Below, one piece after another: positions 1 to 9,831 of a stretch of 33,688 nt of DNA. The notes under the pieces were generated by a model. That model was not told where the DNA came from, did no database searches, and was given only the letters and a program-made list of their open reading frames with translations. The stretch's first letter is position 1. Every line of letters starts with the position of its first letter. The stretch spans positions 1 to 33,688 of the IMG/VR virus record IMGVR_UViG_3300016474_000578; one strand, given 5' to 3'. Source of the stretch: a virus (Duplodnaviria > Caudoviricetes). Both the position numbers and the translations under genes were made by a program.

Positions 1-143
1 CCGCCGCCGCCGCCAGCAACAACAACATAATTAACCGTAAATCCAGACTGTCCCTGTAATAGATTGCTAAATACAGGATCAGGCAAGTTGGGAGACACCC
101 CCTGCGATTTCAGCAACCAAAAACCATCTGATTTTCCAGGCAT
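1..143 (-). CDS. Glycine-rich tail fibre-type protein, 5' part (continues at 33688..32962)
   Basis: ATG at 143 overlaps the upstream stop (TAATG); MPGKSDGFWLLK...VNYVVVAGGGGG joins in frame to GGSGGSGSSGGGGAGGMLES at the window end. Confidence 0.8.
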   Translation of the reverse strand, partial: MPGKSDGFWLLKSQGVSPNLPDPVFSNLLQGQSGFTVNYVVVAGGGG

Positions 144-460
144 TACGACACCTCGATATACGATGCAATAAAATCAACGTCCGCGCCGGATGAAGTGACG
201 CGGATCTTCTCTCCGCTGTCAATATTGATCGGACCTGGCACCCGCAACGTGTCATCCGCACCAAGCACATAGTTGCTGACAATTTGCGATTGCAACGTGT
301 TTGATCCATTTGTCACACGCATATTGACTGTGCGCGATGACGCATTGCGATTGACAATAAATATTGATCCAATCACTGCCACTGCCGCCGCCGTGAAAAG
401 ATCGGTCTCGGTCGCCGCAGTCGGATTGCTGAGTGTTGCGCTTTTAATTGTGTCCACCAT
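143..460 (-). CDS. Tail fibre/baseplate-associated beta-rich protein
   Basis: 105 aa ORF with GGAG RBS in the tail module. Confidence 0.6.
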   Translation of the reverse strand: MVDTIKSATLSNPTAATETDLFTAAAVAVIGSIFIVNRNASSRTVNMRVTNGSNTLQSQIVSNYVLGADDTLRVPGPINIDSGEKIRVTSSGADVDFIASYIEVS

Positions 461-475
461 TTCAATCTCCTTAGA

Positions 476-949
476 TTATCCAGCGACCCAAACGCTTGAA
501 AGGCTCGAGCCGCCACTACTTGTTCCTGTAGATCCACCACCACCAGATATAAATATCTTTGTCCCATTCGAGAACCAGAACACGCACCCGTTGGAAATGG
601 TAATATCTGCATTGCCTACACAAAGAATGTTACCGGTGTTGTGCTTGATTGTGATGGTATCAGTTCCAAAATCCGCGACGTAGATCACGCCGCTTTGCCC
701 GTTGCTCGTTCCGTTGATGGTATCCAAGTCGTCGGAGGTTCCACTTTGCGGCTGCAGCTTGTGATTGAGTTGTGTAAACGTCACAGCGCCGGCAGAAATG
801 GTCAGTTCTGACGCTACTTCTCGAAACGCGTCGAGCATTGTTATTTTTTTTGTGTTTGGCGTTCCGCTTGGGTCGTTTTCAACGATTAGTAGATCCGTTA
901 AGACTCTCGTGGTTAATGCTGTTAGTTCTGTGATTTTGCTGTCAGGCAT
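476..949 (-). CDS. Tail fibre-associated structural protein
   Basis: 157 aa; N-terminus MPDSKITELTALT...KKIT typical of phage fibre proteins; AAGGAG RBS. Confidence 0.6.
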   Translation of the reverse strand: MPDSKITELTALTTRVLTDLLIVENDPSGTPNTKKITMLDAFREVASELTISAGAVTFTQLNHKLQPQSGTSDDLDTINGTSNGQSGVIYVADFGTDTITIKHNTGNILCVGNADITISNGCVFWFSNGTKIFISGGGGSTGTSSGGSSLSSVWVAG

Positions 950-958
950 GGTTGCTCC

Positions 959-3241
959 TTATGGGTTTCGTCCAATCGGCGACCCGTTTGGCGTGCCGAC
1001 TACGCCATAAATCCGGTCGCGCACTTTCATATCGCTGGTCAGTGTTGCGTCAACATAGTTATTCAGTCGAAAGGTCGGCACCACGAAGGCTTGGAATTTC
1101 AAGCCGTCTGTCACCAGATCCATATCCGGTGTTCCGCTGTTGTAGAGGGTGGTCACTTCAGCGCCGGAAAGGATTCGGTCATAAACCCTAAAGTCTTTCA
1201 ATTTTCCATCAAGGGCATATTGATTGATACCGGAGGAGGAAGTCACATTCCCCAAATAGGTGATGGCGTCTGGTTTGTTTACAGCCGTTCCAACGGGTGC
1301 CGCCAATTCGTTCACAGTAACCGACGCGCCATCTATATAAATAATGGGGTCGTTGGACGTGCTTGAATTGTTGTAAGTAAATACAATATGGTGCCATCCG
1401 CCGGTTGCAAATGGGTTTGCATTGGTTTCCCAAATCCCTGCAGCGGTCGAGAATTCGTGCCCTATTCTCATCTTGCTGTTGTACAGCGCAATAAAGAACG
1501 CAGTTGGCGGATAATATCGGTAGTAAATGACATCTAAAGACGAAGACGCCGTACCGCTGGGGAATACGTCAAGATAAACCCAAAACGAATAGCTTTGCGT
1601 GGACAATTTGTTGGTATGCTCCAAAATACCAAAATTCACCGCATCAGTGGTCGTTCCCCCGCGAAACTCAACCGCAAGCTGCGACATTCCCAACGCAAGG
1701 CAAAGGAACGGCTTTATGATCCAGTCGAACATTACAATTCCTCCTGGGCGCGTCTGGTATGAAACGCCCTGAATGTAGTAATACGAGTCAACATTTGATT
1801 TATCCTCGGTCACCCGTATCAGGTCACCAACGTCTAACTGTAAGAATGCCAAAAGGACATCCTCGTTTTTATTGGCGTTCAGGTAAATTCGCTTCACAAC
1901 CGTGCGCGGGTCTTTTTCATCATCAACTACCATATCTACATAGAGCGTGCCATACGCCAGATCGTTCTTATATTTCTGCGTGATAGATTCCGAGATGATG
2001 CCGTATTCATCTTGTGAGGCGCTGTCGTTGGCTTGGTGCTCAATGGGGTTGTAGATGTAAATTCCATATCCTCGGCAGTTGAACAGCGTTACATAGCCAG
2101 ACGATGCAGAGGCGTTATAGACAGTATGTGCAAATCCTTCTGTGCCGTAAGATGGCGTCACCGTCAGGCTGGCGGTAAATTCTGTGCCTGTACCATCTGA
2201 ATTGACAAACGCCCGATAATCCGTCGTCGCTGCTGGTGTGATCATGTCGTCAGGGTTGGCGTTGATCGGCAAGCCGCCGTCAGGGTTGGCGTATGTGCCG
2301 CGGATTGTGATGGTCTGCCCGCTGGCAATCGATATAGGCGCGTTGAGCCGGAATAGCACCTGCGCCGAGGTATCCACCTTGCGCGGTACGGCGTAGCATG
2401 TAAAGCGGTTGAGAATGTTTTCACCGTCCTCAATCTCGTAATCCAAAACAGAAGGGTCATTGTCAAGATGCAGAGTTGTTGTTAAGGCGGTGTTGACCTG
2501 ATAGATCAACTTGCCGCCGTCAGACGTCAACAAAAACCCGTTGTCCGCTTTTTTCAAAAAGCCACTTGAATAAATATATTTCTCAAACTCCGTCAGCGTC
2601 CTAAGACCATTTCGAGCGTGCGCATTCTCGAAAACCAACGTTTCGCCATAGGTCGCGTCCTTGATGAGATAGACTCTCCCGATTTCAGACAGCGCAGTTT
2701 TCACAAACTCGTTGATTGCCTTTGTTTTACTCGTCACGGTATCAAACGCGGTCGGGAATGTGTTTATCCCTATATCAAAATTAGTACTCTGCGGCGGGAT
2801 AGGCATCAGCGCAAGCGTGTCTGTCAATACCTGGTCGCCGCGTTTGTTTTCCAGAATCCCAGGGTTTTTGATGGGGTTTCTCGCCGCATATTCGAGCCAA
2901 TCCACGGCAGTAATGCGCTTGCGCTCGTCCTTGCCGCCAGCGTTCTGCACATCATCCACATACGCGCGGTATCGTTTGGTTTTGCCGTTGTATGTGATGC
3001 TGTGACGCACGGCAACACCCTTTTTCCATCCGCTTGTACAATTTGGGTGACCAGGCGAATATTTACCAACGGGGTTATGGTTTTGCAGGTCAAAGCTCAG
3101 CTCGCCTACATCTGCGACCAAGTCAGTCGGACCAGATCCACCCATCCCCCACTCAGCCCGCACCACGCCTAAAACGTCGTCGGTGATGTCCACCCACGAC
3201 CCGTTGAGATAGGCTTCCATTGTCCATGTCGGTTTATACAT
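959..3241 (-). CDS. Tail tip/baseplate hub protein with C-terminal LamG (concanavalin-like) domain
   Basis: Follows the tape measure gene; N-terminal WVDITDDV..GELSFDLQN; C-terminal SFWVY..WHHIVFTY..IYIDG..GKLKDFRVYDRILS. Confidence 0.8.
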   Translation of the reverse strand: MYKPTWTMEAYLNGSWVDITDDVLGVVRAEWGMGGSGPTDLVADVGELSFDLQNHNPVGKYSPGHPNCTSGWKKGVAVRHSITYNGKTKRYRAYVDDVQNAGGKDERKRITAVDWLEYAARNPIKNPGILENKRGDQVLTDTLALMPIPPQSTNFDIGINTFPTAFDTVTSKTKAINEFVKTALSEIGRVYLIKDATYGETLVFENAHARNGLRTLTEFEKYIYSSGFLKKADNGFLLTSDGGKLIYQVNTALTTTLHLDNDPSVLDYEIEDGENILNRFTCYAVPRKVDTSAQVLFRLNAPISIASGQTITIRGTYANPDGGLPINANPDDMITPAATTDYRAFVNSDGTGTEFTASLTVTPSYGTEGFAHTVYNASASSGYVTLFNCRGYGIYIYNPIEHQANDSASQDEYGIISESITQKYKNDLAYGTLYVDMVVDDEKDPRTVVKRIYLNANKNEDVLLAFLQLDVGDLIRVTEDKSNVDSYYYIQGVSYQTRPGGIVMFDWIIKPFLCLALGMSQLAVEFRGGTTTDAVNFGILEHTNKLSTQSYSFWVYLDVFPSGTASSSLDVIYYRYYPPTAFFIALYNSKMRIGHEFSTAAGIWETNANPFATGGWHHIVFTYNNSSTSNDPIIYIDGASVTVNELAAPVGTAVNKPDAITYLGNVTSSSGINQYALDGKLKDFRVYDRILSGAEVTTLYNSGTPDMDLVTDGLKFQAFVVPTFRLNNYVDATLTSDMKVRDRIYGVVGTPNGSPIGRNP

Positions 3242-4819
3242 TTATCCACCTGCCGCATTCAAGGCGTCGCGGATGGCGCGCCCCATCTTTTTGTAATCGA
3301 TCAGGTTCTTATCTGCATTCGGCACAAACGAGCCGCCTTGATTCGGGATGAACACCTCTGGCGAGGCGGCAGGCGAAACGATATGAGCGCCTCCGGCATA
3401 TCCCTGCGCTGGCGCGTCGCGGTACAGCGCCGCCATGGCATTCGAGCGCGCTGAATACACCTGCTGAAAGCTGGCGGTGATGTTCGTGCTTATGTTCTTG
3501 GGGATGTTATTCAACGAGGCAGTAATCTTGTCGGCTTCCTGCCATACAGCGCGAGCCTTGGCAACGGTTTCCGCAGAGTACAAACCCCATTCCTGGCGCT
3601 TCTGGAGTAACCACTCGAACTCTGTATCTGTCAAAACACCGTCCTGCATCAACTTGCGCTCTACCAAACCAGAAAGGATCTCATTGTTGACGCGCTGGTG
3701 CTCATTTTCCAACTCGTTGAGCTTCGCCATGCGCTCATCGTCCGAGAGGTTCATGTCATTTGTGATTTCGCTATACTTCTTGTGATACTTTTCTTCCGCG
3801 CTCTGAATATTACCGATCAGGGCAAGCATCCCTTTATTTACGTCGGTGATTTCCTTCAATTGTTCAGCCGTCAAAACCGCCTGGCGACCGTTACTGTCTA
3901 AACTTCCAGTGAGACCTTGTGTCGCCTCGTCTGCGGCGATAACACTTTCAGCATATTCGTAAATACTCATGCCGGATTGCTGGGCTCGATACGCGAATTC
4001 GCGCTGGCTCATTCCAGAAATGTCAAGGGCTCTAGCGTAGTTATTATTTCCTTCAATCCCCTTTGCCATATACTCAATCAATGGAGCAAATGTTTCTGCG
4101 GTGTCCTTTTTTATTCTATCGGTCACATTTTTCCATTGAGCTTCAAACCGCTTGAATGCTCCAATACTTTCATCCGCTGCATTGCCGACCTTATCAAGCT
4201 GCTCTTCGGCTTGTTGCAAAAAGGCTTCTTTAAAAGCCTCGTTAGTGCTCATACCAGTAGCTTTGAGTTGTTTTACTTTCTCATCGAAGCCATCCACCGA
4301 AACGCCCAACGCATCAAAGCGCATGGTGGTTTGGTTGGTCAGTGTCAATACAAGCTGGTTCATATCCATCGATAGACCAGATTGCACCGTCGCAAGGCGC
4401 ACGGCTTCATCCGCGTTTTTGGCAAGTCCCAGCGACAGCAGATCCGCCGCCAGCGCCATGGCTTCCATGTCAGAAAGTGTCCCGCGTGTTGCGGTCCGCA
4501 GTTCCCCGAGTAGCGCATCCGAGGTCGTGCCGATGGATTGGGAAAGACGCTCGAATTTGATCCGCGTATATTCGATCTCCGCCCCTTCCCGCGCCGTCTC
4601 GTACAACTTCCGCAATGCCAGCGCCGCGCCAGTGGCAACGGCAATCAAACCGGCATTCTCGCCGATAAAATCCGTCATCTGACGGCGGGCGTTCTCAATG
4701 CCAGGGGCGAGGGCTTGTGTCTCTTGTTTGGTCTGCTTGATCTTCTGATTGACGCGCTCAATAACCGGCGAGCCGTCGTCTTTTACAGAAAATCGAATGA
4801 TGATGTCTTCAGTTGGCAT
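3242..4819 (-). CDS. Tape measure protein (525 aa)
   Basis: Long Ala/Glu-rich helical ORF after the tail chaperones; start reassigned to MPTEDIIIRF; C-terminal PEVFIPNQGG motif. Confidence 0.85.
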   Translation of the reverse strand: MPTEDIIIRFSVKDDGSPVIERVNQKIKQTKQETQALAPGIENARRQMTDFIGENAGLIAVATGAALALRKLYETAREGAEIEYTRIKFERLSQSIGTTSDALLGELRTATRGTLSDMEAMALAADLLSLGLAKNADEAVRLATVQSGLSMDMNQLVLTLTNQTTMRFDALGVSVDGFDEKVKQLKATGMSTNEAFKEAFLQQAEEQLDKVGNAADESIGAFKRFEAQWKNVTDRIKKDTAETFAPLIEYMAKGIEGNNNYARALDISGMSQREFAYRAQQSGMSIYEYAESVIAADEATQGLTGSLDSNGRQAVLTAEQLKEITDVNKGMLALIGNIQSAEEKYHKKYSEITNDMNLSDDERMAKLNELENEHQRVNNEILSGLVERKLMQDGVLTDTEFEWLLQKRQEWGLYSAETVAKARAVWQEADKITASLNNIPKNISTNITASFQQVYSARSNAMAALYRDAPAQGYAGGAHIVSPAASPEVFIPNQGGSFVPNADKNLIDYKKMGRAIRDALNAAGG

Positions 4820-5084
4820 GGTTTCGCATCTCGCGGACTTCTGCGACGATTGCAAATTGCAGCGGATTAGATTCCGCCCATCGTGCAAAGTCGCTCGATC
4901 CGGCTTTATAGCTCTCAAATGCGCTGTAGGTGTTCAGCGCAACGGTCATGTGATTAAGCAGCATGGCGGGCAGTTCGCCGTCAAATACCGCAGCGACTCC
5001 CCATCGTTGAATGCGCCATGCCAAAATCAGTTCTGGCGGCGGTGGCGCATTTTGTTCCGCACATTCCGCCGCCGCCAGTATTAG
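4809..5084 (-). CDS. Tail assembly chaperone GT extension (-1 frameshift product, about 233 aa in total)
   Basis: C CCA AAA AAC TAA at 5093-5081; the -1 frame reads LILAAAECAEQNAPPPPELILAWRIQRWG... open to 4809. Confidence 0.8.
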   Translation of the reverse strand, partial: LILAAAECAEQNAPPPPELILAWRIQRWGVAAVFDGELPAMLLNHMTVALNTYSAFESYKAGSSDFARWAESNPLQFAIVAEVREMRNHAN

Positions 5085-5509
5085 TTTTTTGGGACTTGAG
5101 TAACCTGCAAGTACAACTCACCCACCCGCTCGGCGATCCATGTCACCTGCCATGGCGGCATGTTGTCCACGTCATCCAGTTGCATAACGGGCGCAACGAT
5201 CCAACCCGACTCAATCGCCGCTTTGACCATCACGCTGTGATTTGCCGAGACGGTCAACACCTCGTTATTGTTTAGCACTTCGATGGCTTTCTCGAGTGCC
5301 TCTGCAATCGTGCGATAGGCAGCCACAAAGACATCCGGCTTGTTCTCCGCAATGCTCAGCTTTTTGATGGCTTCAAATGCACGGTTGAGTTCCGGCTTTG
5401 CGTCGTCATTGCGCAAGCGGCGGGCGACCTTTTCCCATGCCACAACGTGCCGTTGTTTTGGCTCATCGATCAGCTCAATGGTCAAGTCGCGGATAGCGTG
5501 AGTTGACAT
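5081..5509 (-). CDS. Tail assembly chaperone G
   Basis: Between major tail and tape measure genes; ends PKN* on a slippery site. Confidence 0.8.
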   Translation of the reverse strand: MSTHAIRDLTIELIDEPKQRHVVAWEKVARRLRNDDAKPELNRAFEAIKKLSIAENKPDVFVAAYRTIAEALEKAIEVLNNNEVLTVSANHSVMVKAAIESGWIVAPVMQLDDVDNMPPWQVTWIAERVGELYLQVTQVPKN

Positions 5510-5907
5510 TATGCGACGGTCGAATCTGTGACCGCTCCGGTCACGCGATAGGTGATCGTAATGGCTGCCGCCTGGTTGTGCGTCACAGGACGTGAGCGCG
5601 ATGTCACAAATGCGGTCGCGGCGCGCTTGGGCTTGCCAGAGCTATTGCCCTGCGGGTAAAACTCAATCGCCACCGAATCAACATTCAGCGGAGCAGCTGC
5701 ATGGATGGTATTGGCAGCGTCATCCCAGGCGTTCACGGTAATGGTTGCAGATCGTTCTGACGGCAAAAATTCCTTGTCGTCCTGCGCCGCGCCGGTCACA
5801 TCCAACTCGTCACGCTGTTCGGGCCAATCCACAGAAACCAACGTTCCGGTCGGGAAAGTAAAGGTCCCATGCTTGAACACCATGTCCTTGCCATCGTATT
5901 TAGCCAT
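5509..5907 (-). CDS. Major tail (tube) protein
   Basis: 132 aa; ELDVT..DKEFLP..G..K...AFVTS..ITYRVTGAV pattern; synteny. Confidence 0.8.
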   Translation of the reverse strand: MAKYDGKDMVFKHGTFTFPTGTLVSVDWPEQRDELDVTGAAQDDKEFLPSERSATITVNAWDDAANTIHAAAPLNVDSVAIEFYPQGNSSGKPKRAATAFVTSRSRPVTHNQAAAITITYRVTGAVTDSTVA

Positions 5908-6098
5908 TATTTATTCTCCTTCGGCGTTTCGGCAGCCGCGCCTTTTTCTGTGATCTTGCCAGCGTCCTTGAGGGCTTGAATTTCTGCAGGACTCAAATGC
6001 GACAGGTCAATCACCTGCCCTTCGTGATAATCTTTGCCATCCGCGCGACTCGAAAGAATTGCGCCAACAGCAACAACGTATTGTTTTTTTTCTGCCAT
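5907..6098 (-). CDS. Small hypothetical virion protein
   Basis: 63 aa, AAGG RBS, translationally coupled to the tail tube gene. Confidence 0.6.
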   Translation of the reverse strand: MAEKKQYVVAVGAILSSRADGKDYHEGQVIDLSHLSPAEIQALKDAGKITEKGAAAETPKENK

Positions 6099-6107
6099 GG
6101 TTTTTCC

Positions 6108-6566
6108 TTATGAATATTTCACAGCACGAACAGGGACGATCTCATAGCGATACGGCACTCCGCTCAGGTCTTCCGAAAGACCCACGCGAGAGCGCCCATT
6201 CGGCATGAGCTTGTCCCAGTATCCGTTCACTTTGTAGTTGTCGCGGATCACATCCGCGATTTTTTTGCGACCCAGGTCGAGCGCGTCTTCCGAGTTTTGC
6301 GCCGTCCAACTCTGCGCAGCATTGGCGTACAGGACAAACACGGTGATGTAAAAATCGAACTCGGCGTCACCGGTTGCAACGTCGTTGCTGTCCGCTGCCG
6401 GTTCGGTGTAATCACTGTCACCCGATGCAATCACGATGTTTCGCGCCTTGCCGTTGAACTCAGCCGTTCCATAGTTGTAAACGTCCCAGGTGCTATCAAA
6501 CGCGGCATCGATCAGGCTTGCAAGTTGTTCCCGCCATGTCTGGCGGTTAATCGAGTTACTTGGCAT
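6108..6566 (-). CDS. Tail terminator/completion protein
   Basis: Size and position before the tail tube gene. Confidence 0.6.
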   Translation of the reverse strand: MPSNSINRQTWREQLASLIDAAFDSTWDVYNYGTAEFNGKARNIVIASGDSDYTEPAADSNDVATGDAEFDFYITVFVLYANAAQSWTAQNSEDALDLGRKKIADVIRDNYKVNGYWDKLMPNGRSRVGLSEDLSGVPYRYEIVPVRAVKYS

Positions 6567-6978
6567 AGATCAACGCCTCCATGATATGACGGCTCGCTCG
6601 TGCGCTCACCTGTCCGCCGATCTCCTCAACCGTTCGGTCGTAGAACGCATGTTCGCCTCCGCGCTCATGCTCATAAACGCCATACTCAGCAGGTCGGTAT
6701 TTGCGCTTCCCGCTGCGACGCGGAGAGACGACCGAGGGGTCGATGTAGATGATCGCCTCCAGTCCGTCAAGTCGAATTCGGTGACTGTTCTTCAACGCCC
6801 CGCCGCCGACGTACTTGCCTACATGCGTAATTTGCACCGCGTGACGATGTAACGCAACGGCGGCATCACGCACCGCCTCCCCTGCTGCGCCCTCCGGCTT
6901 CATGTTTGCAATGCGGCGAAGATTGCGTTCCTGCGCCTCTTGAGCACCTTCAAGCGTGTATTGTGGGATATACGGCAT
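6556..6978 (-). CDS. HK97 gp10-like neck/tail completion protein
   Basis: GGALKNSH, YGVYEHERGG, FYDRTV motifs; synteny. Confidence 0.6.
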   Translation of the reverse strand: MPYIPQYTLEGAQEAQERNLRRIANMKPEGAAGEAVRDAAVALHRHAVQITHVGKYVGGGALKNSHRIRLDGLEAIIYIDPSVVSPRRSGKRKYRPAEYGVYEHERGGEHAFYDRTVEEIGGQVSARASRHIMEALIYAK

Positions 6979-7301
6979 TAGTTTCGCGTGTCCTCAAGGA
7001 TCAGGCGCATACGGGTATCACTCGTCGGCAACCAGGTATAAGGCTCAACCGTCTTGATGGGATACTTCACCGCGCCAATCGTCAAACGGTCACCCGCCTT
7101 GATGTCTGGCGCATTCTGTAAATGCACTTCCCACAAAATAACGGGAGTATTGAGCTGTAGGCGAGTGCGCGTTTCCGCATCCACTGGCGCAAGCGGAGTG
7201 CATTTCAGGCTTGATAAGTTTGCAGAGAAACCACCCGTCAGGGTGGCTCTCTCTGTCCCGCATGTTACGGTTGCCATGGCTGCAAATGAGCTATCAGTCA
7301 T
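6978..7301 (-). CDS. Head-tail joining (stopper) protein
   Basis: DIKAGDRLTIGAVKYPI motif; synteny. Confidence 0.65.
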   Translation of the reverse strand: MTDSSFAAMATVTCGTERATLTGGFSANLSSLKCTPLAPVDAETRTRLQLNTPVILWEVHLQNAPDIKAGDRLTIGAVKYPIKTVEPYTWLPTSDTRMRLILEDTRN

Positions 7302-8124
7302 AGGTCATTTTTCTCTGGATGACTGCGCCGCCTGAACTTCCGCCGCTTCCGCTGCCCTTGCCATTCCCAATGATCTGCCCGATCATGGCAGACTTCTGCG
7401 AAAGATTTTGACGATACGGTCCGGTGGTGGTATCCACTTCGACGGCATACTCGGTTTGTAACTGCTCGAGCATTTCACGTCGCACAGTTTCGATCAGCGT
7501 TTGCACCTGCTCGGGATCAACATAACGAATCGACGGAGTTCCGTCTTCATCGTCTATTGCACCAACTGTGCGCAATCCCGCGTCAATGGCATAGGTGTAC
7601 GAGCCTTCAGTCAATGCGCCATTTGGTGTTGTAGAAAGACTGCGTTCACTGGCGAGCCGCCCAAGTTTGGCATGCACAGACGCCGCAACCTGGGCGCGGG
7701 TGATCGGCACGAACCAGATCCAAACGTCATCGATCTTGATGTCACCCGCCGCAGAGTTGTTGGCAATGGTGACGCGGTAACTTGTTCCCTCGGTCAAGCC
7801 GAGGTTATAGGTCGTTTCTGTCCATGTGTTGGCGGTTCCGCTCAGGTTCTGCGTGATGACCGCATTGCCGTCGCCGTCAATGATGGCGAGCGTAGCTTGT
7901 GCGCCGCTTAGGTTTGCACCAACAGCTTTCACCGATATATGCACGCTCTGCAAACGGGTGTCATCAACGGCGAACTCCTGCCAGATCGAACCACCAACCG
8001 GAAGAACGGCGACGCCATAATGCTCGTCACCGTCACCGGCTGAATATGACGCACCGCTTGAGGGCGTCCATCCGTTCAGATTATGCAGAAACTTCCCGTT
8101 GATCAGACTGTTGCGATCTGTCAT
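7294..8124 (-). CDS. Head-tail adaptor with N-terminal carbohydrate-binding-like domain
   Basis: N-terminal LINGKF..NGW..SIWQ..IKIDDV pattern (CBM4/9-like); helical C-terminal half at the adaptor position. Confidence 0.55.
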   Translation of the reverse strand: MTDRNSLINGKFLHNLNGWTPSSGASYSAGDGDEHYGVAVLPVGGSIWQEFAVDDTRLQSVHISVKAVGANLSGAQATLAIIDGDGNAVITQNLSGTANTWTETTYNLGLTEGTSYRVTIANNSAAGDIKIDDVWIWFVPITRAQVAASVHAKLGRLASERSLSTTPNGALTEGSYTYAIDAGLRTVGAIDDEDGTPSIRYVDPEQVQTLIETVRREMLEQLQTEYAVEVDTTTGPYRQNLSQKSAMIGQIIGNGKGSGSGGSSGGAVIQRKMTYD

Positions 8125-8416
8125 GAGTTACCTTCTTTTTGGCAGCATCCGCCTTTACGCCTGGCTCCGGTTGGGATTTCTTTGTCGGCAGCATTTCCGC
8201 CTCGCTCAACGCCTCCTCTTCCAGAGGCTGCGGAGAGAACGGAGAGGCGAGCGGTCGATCAAATCGTTGATTGCCGCTCGCTTCAAAATAGGCTTTTTTT
8301 TCATCAGGGCTTGCCAAACGCCAACCGGCGAGCTTTAGTCGTTGTCGCGCGTGTTCCTCGCTCACAACGTGCATAATCCCTTTTGGGTTGACGATCAAAT
8401 AAGACTTTTCAGTCAT
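8081..8416 (-). CDS. Hypothetical protein (head module)
   Basis: 111 aa ORF in the operon. Confidence 0.6.
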   Translation of the reverse strand: MTEKSYLIVNPKGIMHVVSEEHARQRLKLAGWRLASPDEKKAYFEASGNQRFDRPLASPFSPQPLEEEALSEAEMLPTKKSQPEPGVKADAAKKKVTHDRSQQSDQREVSA

Positions 8417-8430
8417 TCAGAACCTTTCTA

Positions 8431-8814
8431 CTAGGCGAAGGTGATGGCGCTGGAAGGGTAGAGCTTTCCGTCTGGCGCAACAAGGACAAGATAGAACGAC
8501 TTGGCGGTTGATTCGGTGATGGTGACATCGATGTCGCCATCCACCTCAGAGACGACCACGCCCGCGACGTTGTTGGTGTGCTCAATGAGCAAACCATCGG
8601 TGCCGATGGCAATACCACCATCAGGCGCGGTTGCAATGGCATCGCCGGTGGCGTTACTGGCGAGATACCACATAAGCGCCACGCGCTCAGCAATATCTCC
8701 GCCGTTTTTGCGGTCGGTCAACTGAATGGAGACGTTGATCGCGTTGGCAGCTTCAGACCCGATGGTAAACACCGGCTTGATAAGTAGATCGCGGTTATTG
8801 TTGAAATTGGTCAT
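8431..8814 (-). CDS. Putative capsid decoration protein
   Basis: Beta-rich protein directly after the major capsid gene; start MTNFNN with GAAGGA RBS. Confidence 0.5.
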   Translation of the reverse strand: MTNFNNNRDLLIKPVFTIGSEAANAINVSIQLTDRKNGGDIAERVALMWYLASNATGDAIATAPDGGIAIGTDGLLIEHTNNVAGVVVSEVDGDIDVTITESTAKSFYLVLVAPDGKLYPSSAITFA

Positions 8815-8827
8815 GTGGGAATCCTTC

Positions 8828-8854
8828 ACGGGGCAGGGTCATCCCCTGCCCCGT
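8828..8854 (-). promoter_or_regulatory. GC-rich stem-loop after the major capsid gene
   Basis: acggggcaggg/ccctgccccgt inverted repeat with no U-tract. Confidence 0.55.
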
Positions 8855-8864
8855 TGTGCTTGCT

Positions 8865-9761
8865 TTAGATCTCGTCGGTGGAAACTGCCACGCCGTGGCT
8901 ATCGCGCATTTCAGCAACACCGTAAAGGGTGTCGATGGTGAACTTCGCGCCGAGATAGTCGGGGTCGTAGGACATGGTCACGCGGAGAGCGACACCGTCT
9001 TCCGCCATCACGCGCTGGACCGCACCCATGCCAGCAGGGGCAACGGGCAACGGGCGATTTGCCATCACGATGGCGTTGCGGTGGAAGAACAGGTTTTTGC
9101 ACTGTCCGCCTGCAACAGCGATCTTCTGGTCGAGGAACACATCGAAGCCCATGAAACGACCGGTGAACGCGCCGGCAGCCTTGGAGCCGAGCGATTCGGC
9201 ATAGTCGCGGTTGACGACCTTTTCAATGCCGAGCATTTCATACTCAGCATCTTCATGCAACACAGCGAAGCGGTTTTCGAGCGGGGCTTTCGCGGCATTG
9301 AGCAAGCGGCGAGCTTCGCGGAAGGTCAACTCGCTCAAACCGGCGGTGGCGTCGATGGTCTGGGAGAGACCGGAATACAGCGCGGCGATGTCGGCGTCGA
9401 TCTGCTCAGCCAACACAGCCATGGCATCGGCGGCGTACACAGAGAACCAGTCAGGGCGGGCGAATGCCTTGGCGAGGTCTTCGATCAAGAACGAAACTTC
9501 CTTGTGCTTGTTCAGCGTCAAGGTATAAACGGCGTCGTCGGGTTGCTGCAGGGTGACGGTGGAGCCGGCGCTCTTGTCATTGACAGAGAGCGAGCCGCCA
9601 TAAGGGATCTTGACGACGTTACCGTACTGCGCGACTTCGTTCTCGTAATCACGATTGACGAGGCGGGCGAGGACGGTGTTTGCTTTGAGATAACCGAGCG
9701 CCTGGGCGGCGACGATGGTCGGGGTACTATCCGCGACCTGTGAGGTGGTTATATTAGCCAT
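8865..9761 (-). CDS. Major capsid protein (P22 coat/HK97 fold)
   Basis: LVNRDYE..GNVVKIP..LTLNKHKEVSF..LAEQID..GRFMGFDVF..FHRNAI..DTLYG. Confidence 0.92.
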   Translation of the reverse strand: MANITTSQVADSTPTIVAAQALGYLKANTVLARLVNRDYENEVAQYGNVVKIPYGGSLSVNDKSAGSTVTLQQPDDAVYTLTLNKHKEVSFLIEDLAKAFARPDWFSVYAADAMAVLAEQIDADIAALYSGLSQTIDATAGLSELTFREARRLLNAAKAPLENRFAVLHEDAEYEMLGIEKVVNRDYAESLGSKAAGAFTGRFMGFDVFLDQKIAVAGGQCKNLFFHRNAIVMANRPLPVAPAGMGAVQRVMAEDGVALRVTMSYDPDYLGAKFTIDTLYGVAEMRDSHGVAVSTDEI

Positions 9762-9831
9762 TGCATATTCTCCAAATTAGGTTGATGTGTGAATGCACGG
9801 CGTTTCGTTTTTAACGTCCTACGCGACGAGC

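Noticed and set aside
959-3241. Diversity-generating retroelement acting on the tail genes
   Set aside because: No reverse transcriptase and no template/variable repeat pair seen
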